Part shown: one piece after another, positions 56,715 to 64,000 of the stretch
Layout: each line of letters opens with the position of its first letter
How positions within the stretch are numbered: the stretch's first letter is position 1
NCBI GenBank assembly: GCA_963845515.1
Contig: CAWJSR010000003.1
Coordinates: 1-64,000 of the forward strand
Length of the DNA: 64,000 nucleotides
Reading direction: 5' to 3'
From: an uncultured delta proteobacterium
Lineage (GTDB): Bacteria; Myxococcota; Myxococcia; Myxococcales; Anaeromyxobacteraceae
Translations under genes and position numbers: made by a program
The notes under the pieces: model-generated
What the model was told of the DNA's origin: nothing
Seen by the model: the letters and a program-made list of their open reading frames with translations, nothing else
Database searches by the model: none

Positions 56715-56864
56715 GGCAAGACGGTCACGCTGAGGGAGTGCCTGCTCGACGCCGGCGCCCGCGAATCCCTGGTCCTCTACTGGGTCCCGCCGGAGCCGTC
56801 CGAGCCGATCGTGCTCCTCAACCTCCGGATCGGCGGACAGAACCGCTTCCGTTGGAGGCGCTGA
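56715..56864 (+). pseudogene. Possible orphan 3' gene remnant
   Basis: Strongly codon-biased frame GKTVTLRECLLDAGARESLVLYWVPPEPSEPIVLLNLRIGGQNRFRWRR* with no clear start. Confidence 0.3.
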
Positions 56865-56907
56865 GGGCACCCGTGACCACGTCCATGAGAGTGGGACGCG
56901 CTTCGCC

Positions 56908-56936
56908 TTGACGGGTCGTGCGCGTCCTGTTAGCGG
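56908..56936 (+). promoter_or_regulatory. Candidate sigma70 promoter of the rhs gene
   Basis: TTGACG-17 nt-TAGCGG with TG extended -10. Confidence 0.4.
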
Positions 56937-57080
56937 TCACGACTTCACGCCGAGAGTAAGTCCATGCGTCGCAAGGGGGCCGCCATGGGTGAAGTCCGGT
57001 CGAACGAGGCGCCTGGATCAGCGCACGCTGGACCAGTGCACGAGCCGCGGCGGTGCGGGCGCGCTCGGCAAGGAGATCGG

Positions 57081-60000
57081 ATGGCTCGAATCACGTACTG
57101 GCTGGCAGCCCGGGTCGTTCCGGCTGCATTGCTCGCCCTCGCAGCGCCGGTGAGCGCCGGGACGCTATGCAACTCTGGATACTACACACGCAAGTGGTTT
57201 GGAGCAGGTGATGCCTGCTCCGACGTGAATCGTCCCGACATCCACACATGCCTGCTCAGGCAGGACTTCAATTGCGGGGATCAAACAGCGATCTTTGGCC
57301 CGATCTGCGCCGTCAAGGTGGGAGATACAGCGCAGTGTTGGGTTGCAGCGACGTGCGACGAGTACGCTGGACCAGACGGCTGGGAGTGCCAGATCACCGA
57401 TACCTCGTCGCAGTGTGCCCAGTTGGGCTCGAGCGAGACCTGCAACGGCAGCGACGACGACCAGGACGGTTGTGCAGACGAGGGCTGCCAGCTCACGTAC
57501 TACGGTGACTCCTCCTGCACCTGCACCGCGAGCGCCCTGCCCCGTCGTGCAACCCGCCGGCGATGGCGAATTGCTCGCCGAGGAATGCCCTGAACGAGAT
57601 CTGCGGCGACGGCAAGGACGACGACTGCGACGGCCAGGTCGACGAGGACTGCCGCGCTTCAAAGGAATCGGGGCCCACACCATGCTGCGGCTGCGTCGTC
57701 GGGTCGGACCCGATCCTGCTGACGAACCGCGCCGCGGTGACCACGCCCTTCGCCGACTTCGCGGTGAGCGTCGTCTCGCGCCTGTCGCTGACGCGCACCT
57801 GGAACAGCCTCGACGCGGCTTACTTCGGCGGGCCTGTGGGTCAGCTCGGGAGCGGGTGGCACCACGAGTGGGAGGCGACGCTCACGTGCTCGGGGACCTC
57901 CTGCACGGTCGCGCGCGGGGCGAGCGAGGGGCTCCGGTTCGAGCGGGCGGAGACGGCGACGTCGCTCGACGGGCTCGAGACGTGGCAGCTCTACCGCCCG
58001 GCGGCCGGCGACGTGACGGAGGCGCGGCGGCACCTGCTCGCGCAGCGTCCGGGCGGCGCATGGATCGTCTTCATGGCGGATGGCAGCTCGCTCCACTTCG
58101 CGACGGCCTGCGACGCCTGTGGCGCGCCCGATGAGTTCTGCACCGCGCCGGAGCTGGGCGGGAAGGCCCGGCTCGTGAAGGTGACGGATGCGCAGGGGAA
58201 CGGGATCCTCCTGAGCCGGGCAGTGGGGACGGGGATCCTGCTGGGGCTCGCGGACGACCTTGGCCACACGCTGGAGCTGCGCTCGGCGACGGCGTGTGCT
58301 GACGGGCTGGCGCGGGAGCTGGTCTACGACGGCGTGCGTGTCGCGACCTACGAGTACGAGGGCGTGGATCTCGTGCGCGTGACGGACGCGGACGGCGCGG
58401 TCCTGCGGGCCTATTGGTACGATTCCGGCGGCCTCGGCCTGCTCAGGGGGATCCAGGACGAGGCGGGGCTCCCCATCGTGGAGTTCGCCTACGACGGCAA
58501 CGGCGACGCGATAGGGATCGTGGACGAGACGACTACGGCGACGGTGGACTACTCCGCCGCCGGGGTGGCCACCGTCTCTGAGTCCTACGGCGGCGGACTG
58601 GCGTCGAGCGGGACGCGCGTCTTCGACGCGTCGGGCAACCTTGCGTCGATTTCGGAGGGCTGCTCCTGCGGCGGCATCCGGACGTTCACCTACCAGGGGA
58701 AGGACCTCCAGTGCGCCACGGATGCGGCGGGGGACTATACGTTCTACGGGCGCGACGCCTTGGGGCGTGTGACGAGGAGGGCGCGGTACCCCTCGACCGT
58801 CGGCTATACCTGTCCGCCCCAGACAGACGCGCACCTCCAGACCTACGAGGATGAGTCCTTCTGGTTCGGCGTGACCAGGGAGATCGCGGCCGGCGTCTCG
58901 ATGTCGCTCGACATCCAGACGGCGAAGCTGCGCACGACAGGCTACCTCGACGAGTGGGTGGGCGAGCAGCGGGACTACTCGCCGGCACCGAACGAGATCG
59001 ATCCCGCGGGCTACGAGTGCGCGGAAGCGCCGCTGCCGGCGGGCGCCGTCATGTGCCGCCGGGTCGAGAACGGGGCGATCTACTCTTCGACCGGCGCGCG
59101 CTCGCTGGAGCGCCACGCGACGTTCTACTCCTACGACGGGCGCGGGCGCGTCACGAGGGTGATCGGCCCGGTCAACCTGGGCCAGTCTTCGGCGAGCGAC
59201 GTGGCGCCGGTGGAGGAGCGGAGCTACTGGCCCGACTCGGAGTCGCTCGCGCGGCGCGGCCGGCTGGCGGAGATCCGGCGGTACCCGTCACCCACGGCGG
59301 CGCCGCACGCGACGACGTTCGACTACGACATGTTCGGCCTCTACCAATCGTGGCAGCCGGACGGCTCCTTCACGACGTGGATGAAGGACGGGCGCGGGCG
59401 GGTGACGCACGTGCTGGAGAGCGACGGCCGGACGAGCGAGACCCGGTACCATGACGGCGAGAAGCCGCGGTTGCGGATCGGCGCGGACGGGACGGTGGAG
59501 CGGAAGACGTACGACGCGCGGGGGCGCGTGACGGCACAGGAGCGGCTCTCGGGAGACCCGGACCTGCTCGGGGCGAAGCGTGACCGTGCTGTGGGGCGAG
59601 TACCACCAGTACGACCCCGCCGGAAACCGGGTGCACAGCGAGCGGCGCGACGGGACCGGGGCGGTGGTCTGGAGGCAGGACCGGGAGTACGACGTGCAGC
59701 ACCGGCTGTTGAAGGAGAGCCATCCCGAGGTGGCGAACGCGTCGCGGCGGTGGGAGTACGGGCCGTCGGGGTTCCTGGACCGCGTGACGGACGAGGAAGG
59801 CCGGTCGACGAGCTTCCTGCCGGAGTACATCGGGCGGGTGAAGACGGTGACACGGGGCGGGGTCGACTCAGGTGGCGCGCCGGTGTCGCTGACGGTTGCG
59901 ACGTACGAGTACGAGACGTACTCGCACGCGCTCAAGTCGGTGAAGGACGCGAAGGGCAGCACGACGACGTACCGGACCGACGACTTCGGTCGGGTGCAGT

Positions 60001-61905
60001 GGGTGACGACGCCGAACGCGAAGGGGGGGAGCCTGACCTCGAAGTACGACGCCCGAGGGAACATGCTGCAGCGCAAGGATAACTACGTGACGGTGAGTTA
60101 CACTTGGGACGGCCTGGACCGGGTCCTGACGACGACGGCGCAGAACGCTCAGGACGGAACGTCCGTGGCATACGCCTTCACCTACGACGAGGACGGCGCG
60201 ATCGGCCGGTTGACGAGCGTGGTGGAGCCGGAGAGGACGGTGCGCTTCGAGTACGTCGAGGGTCGGCTCGCGACCGAGCGGGTGGAGGAGAGCGGGGTCG
60301 CGACGGCGCTGGTGACGGACTACCGGTACGACGCCGCGGGGCGTCGGAGCGAGCTGGTCTACCCGACGGGGCTGCGGCTAGCGTACGACCGCGACGCGGT
60401 GAGCGGTGAGGTGGTGGCGTTGAGGAACGCGGAAACGGGGGAGGTCTACGCGGGGAGCGTGGCACGGCTCGCGGGCGGGCCGATTGGGAACCTCGCGTTC
60501 GCAAACGGCTCGACGCTGGCGCAGGGGTACAACGCGCGGTGGGAGGCGACGAGCGTGGTGACAGGGCCTGTGAGCCTCGCGTACACGCCGACGCTTGCGG
60601 GTGACGTGGGCGGGATCGTCGAAAACGGGACGCCGCTGCACTTCACGTACGACTTCCTGGACAGGCTGACGGAGATGACGGGCGGAGACGGGGAGGGCTT
60701 CCGGCACCTGTACGCGACGAATCAGTACTATCCGTACGAGACGTACGACCGGATCTCCAGGACCGACGCGAACACCGGGAGCGGCTACGTGGCGAGGTAC
60801 GCCTACGTCTATGACTACCAGACGAACGTGTCCGGGATCGCGAGGTACGACGCGGCCGGGACGAGGATTGTGGCGGCGGTGTGCCTGCGCCACGATCCGC
60901 TGGGACGGTTGGTGACGGTGGGGACCGCGAGTCCGGGCTACATCGCCCCGGACGGCGTGGCTTGCCAGCGGGACTCACCGTACGTGACGGCGGTGACGGA
61001 CAGGATCAAGTACGACTTCCGAAATCGCCGGGTCGCGACGCTGGAAGGTGGCGACCGGCGAGTGGGTCCATACGGTCTTCGACCAGGCCGGCCAGCCGCT
61101 GGCTGAGATCGCGAGGACGACAGACCCGGCGAACCCCTGGCGGCCGGTGCGGGAGTACGTGTGGCTGGACGGGAAGCCGGTCGCGCAGATCGAGCGGGAC
61201 GCGGTGACCGGGGCGTCGAGGACGTACGCGGTGCACGTGGACGCGATCGGCCTGCCGCGGGCGCTGACGAGCCCCACCGGCGTGACGGTTTGGAGCGCGA
61301 CGCCGGCGCGGCCGTACGGGGACATCACGGAGGCGACCGTCCCGGACCCGGAGACGGGGAAGACGGTCGTGACGAACCTCCGGCTGCCGGGGCAGTACGA
61401 CGAGAGGTTGCTGGCGAGCGTCGGGGTGCAGGGGCCGTACTACAACTGGAACCGGTGGTACTTGCCCTCCGTGGGGAGGTATCTGGAGTTGGATCCGATC
61501 GCGAAGGCGGGTGGGTTCAACGGGTTCTACGGGCCGAACTGGTACGGGTATGCGGAGGGGAATCCGTTGAGGTGGACGGACCCGCTTGGCTTGTTTCCGA
61601 GTCCAGGAAAAGCCAAGGTCATCGGCGAGTTGGAGGGGTTCATATTTGACTGGATTCTCAAGGATTTCACCTTCGACATTTCTGTCGGTGGGCTCCTGGG
61701 CGCAGTCTGCGCAACCGAGTACTGCAAACTCAAAATGGATCCGACCGCAGGTATCAGCAAGGAAGAGGACATGTGCTTGCGTCTGCTTGGGCGATTTGAA
61801 CTTGAGTCTCCTGAATCCGGCACACTCCTGTCGTCGTGTGCCCGGACTTGCGGGAAGATTGCCTCGTCGCGGGAGTGGAGGTCCAAGTGTCTCACGTGCA
61901 AGTAG
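57081..61905 (+). CDS. Rhs/YD-repeat polymorphic toxin (~1600 aa), frameshifts near 57540, 59578 and 61040
   Basis: Signal peptide; Cys/Asp repeats CNGSDDDQDG and CGDGKDDDCDGQVDE; VGSDPILL; many YD repeats; LPGQY, YYNWNRWY..GRYL..DP, YAEGNPLRWTDPLGL cleavage motif. Confidence 0.85.
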
Positions 61906-62636
61906 CGGGTTCCGCTCGCCTCCTGGGCATCGCTGCGGTCCTGCAGTTGGGTATGGGGTGCGCTGTCGGACGAAATTGCGATTGGACGTGTGGCGCCGAC
62001 GCCTATATCGAGGCGGAACGCGATGCTGCGGAGTCTATGGGGGCGCCCGAGCGCATTGACCGAGCGTGGATGGCTCGTCGAGCTGCTGAGATGGCGCTCC
62101 TTGCGACATGCGTGCCCCCGGTCGCCACGGTTACTGCAAGCGTCTCGGGGGGGGGCGTGTCCGAGCAGCAGCGGGGGGTTGTCGTTGCGGACGTCAGAGG
62201 CTACGACGCGCCAGCGCTCCTGTCGGCCTTGCTAGCCAGTTACCCAGGTGAGCATGATGCGATGGCCAGAATTCGGATTCTCCGTGTATTGAGACTGGCG
62301 AAGGAGTCGTCTTTCGACAAGATCGCCGCCTTCGAGTTCGACGTCCTGCGAAGGGAAGCGGAGCCAAGCGTGATGGCGGCTGCGATGAACGTTGTTCGGC
62401 GCCTCGGCACTGACATGGCCCCAGCGTTCCTTGCAGAGTACATGTCGCGGGGGCCACGGTGGGTCCTTGTCGCGGCATACGGTGTCGCCAAAGCGATGGG
62501 AATCGCCGAAGCAGTGCGCGCGGAACTCACTCGTCGTGGGGCTAGCGATGCCCTTGATGTCATCGTGCAGTGGGAGAAGACGGGCGAGACGCCCTGGGAC
62601 CCTGCAAAGCCGGAGGCCACCGAGCCGTCGAAGTAG
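61896..62636 (+). CDS. Candidate immunity lipoprotein (helical, HEAT-like)
   Basis: Overlaps rhs stop; lipobox-like LGMGC; AT-richer codon usage shared with the Rhs C-terminus. Confidence 0.6.
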   Translation: MQVAGSARLLGIAAVLQLGMGCAVGRNCDWTCGADAYIEAERDAAESMGAPERIDRAWMARRAAEMALLATCVPPVATVTASVSGGGVSEQQRGVVVADVRGYDAPALLSALLASYPGEHDAMARIRILRVLRLAKESSFDKIAAFEFDVLRREAEPSVMAAAMNVVRRLGTDMAPAFLAEYMSRGPRWVLVAAYGVAKAMGIAEAVRAELTRRGASDALDVIVQWEKTGETPWDPAKPEATEPSK

Positions 62637-62675
62637 CTCACGTCCTCGTGGCCCGGCTTCAAGGCGAAGGCCCGA

Positions 62676-63223
62676 AGGCCCCGCCCGAAGGGGACCTCTG
62701 AGGGAAGGTGACTCCCGGGCACCGAGAAGCCGAGCGATGCACGTACGGATGAGGCAAACAACCCTGACGGGCGCCAATCGAACGAGATGAGCGAGCCGAA
62801 CCGCCAGATCACGACGCTCACGGGCAGCCGAAACGCGGCGCCGCCGATGCGGAGGCGTGGCTGGTCGCACGGCGTCTCGTCTCGGACGCGGCCAAGGGTA
62901 GGTGGGGGCGAAGGGGAAGGGAAGCTAGCCCGCGCCAGCGACGGCTGCGAGGCCCCGCCCGAAGGGGACCTCTGACGGAAGGTGACTCCCGGGTGCCGAG
63001 AAACTGAGCGATGCACGCAAGGATGAGGCAAACAACCCTGACGGGCGCCAATCGAACGAGATGAGCGAGCCGAACCGCCAGATCACGACGCTCACGGGCA
63101 GCCGCAACGCGGCAATGCCGACGTGGAGGCGTGCGTGGTCGCGCGGCGTCTCGTCTCGGACGCCGCCAGGGGTGGGTGGGGTCGAAGGGGAAGGGAACCT
63201 AGCCCGCGCCCGCGACGGCTGCG
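62676..63223. repeat. Two tandem 274-bp direct repeats (62676-62949, 62950-63223)
   Basis: 84-nt identical core (62747-62830 = 63021-63104); each unit has the last transposase codons (AAVAGAG*) plus a ~250-nt tail. Confidence 0.92.
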
Positions 63224-64000
63224 CCGTGCAGGACGCGCATCTGCCAGGTCCCCGGCGGGAAGAGGACGTCGCGCATCCCGCTGCGCCAGGCGGTCGAGCG
63301 CCTGGCGGTAGGCGTCCCTGAACTCCACGAGCCGCTGCAGCGCCTCGATGCGCTTCCCATTGTTGCGGCACGCGAGGTGAGGGCTGAGTACGCGGCGTGG
63401 CTCGCCGGGAGCGGGGCTGGCGAAGAAGCTCTGGGCGCGGACCGCGGTGGCGCCCATGAAGGAGCGTCCCTCCTCGGCCAGCTTCGCCGCCTCGGACTCC
63501 TCGGCCTCGCGGAGCGACTCGAGGAGCCGCTCGACGAAGCCAGGATCGTTCTCGAATCCGGGAGGAGGGGTGAGCTGGAGCTCGACGGAGGCAGGCATGT
63601 CCCCCTCCTCGTCGAAGAATCCCATCGGTCGCTGGATGGTGACGGGCCCGGCTCCGATGAGGCTGGGGTCGGACCAGTGCCCTGGCCATTGGGAGGCGCG
63701 GCGCACGAGGCCGGCGGCGACCGGATTCGCCAGGACGTAGACGAGCTTGTCGTAGACGTCTGCGGAGCCTACGAGCGCGACGGCGCTGTAGCTGGTGCGT
63801 TCCCAGAAGCCGTCCCAGCGCCCCAGGGCTGCATTGGTGGCCTTGGCGAGGAGCGAGTTGAGGTCCCGCTGGAAGTCGGGAAGCCTGCCGAAGGGGTCGG
63901 TGAGCAGCAGGTGGTAATGATTCGAGAGGACGCAGTAGGCGTGGAGCAGGATCCCGTAACGCTTGGCCGTAAGCGCGAGCGCGTACAGGAAGATCGCCGC
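63199..64000 (-). mobile_element. HUH Y1 tyrosine transposase (RAYT/IS200-like); 5' end outside window, indels near 3' end
   Basis: Manual translation from 64000: ILLHAYCVLSNHYHLLL (HUH), FWERTSY, YVLANPVAAGLV; corrected C-terminus ..VLFPPGTWQMRVLHGAAVAGAG*. Confidence 0.85.

Noticed and set aside
62676..63223. CRISPR array or c-di-GMP-I riboswitch (GGCAAAC) in the repeats
   Set aside because: Units are 274 bp with no repeat-spacer layout and no cas genes; the rest of the riboswitch consensus is absent
62787..63321. Twin small ORFs MSEPNRQ...
   Set aside because: Products of the DNA duplication, antisense to the transposase, with different lengths and no clear SD

Overview
GC-rich deltaproteobacterial (Anaeromyxobacter/Myxococcota-like, inferred) chromosomal window. 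About ten genes are split by single-base indels, most likely assembly errors. From left to right: a PaeR7I/XhoI-family type II R-M pair; vapBC; a VOC protein; a HelD-like helicase; a wzi/dgkA/wzb-wza-wzc/glycosyltransferase capsule-export cluster; tpx; a heme-c (DUF3365-like) histidine kinase; an ABC-F ATPase; a Cpx-like module; a selenocysteine formate dehydrogenase operon fdnGHI-fdhE with in-frame UGA and SECIS; pruA; an MFS pump; a degenerate RelE/ParE-HTH TA pair; a sigma54-controlled TolC/HlyD/ABC-2 efflux locus; a poly-HAMP MCP; yaeQ; a complete group II intron at the translation start of the sufBCDSUT operon; FHA and aldo-keto reductase genes; a signal-peptide Rhs toxin with an unrecognised Cys-rich C-terminus plus a candidate lipoprotein immunity gene; and an HUH Y1 (RAYT-like) transposase whose 3' end and non-coding tail are tandemly duplicated in 274-bp units. 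The strongest leads are the intron separating the suf leader/RBS from the sufB start codon, the Rhs toxin/immunity pair, and the adjacent transposase with its hairpin-ended repeat units. All family assignments come from motif recognition, not database searches.
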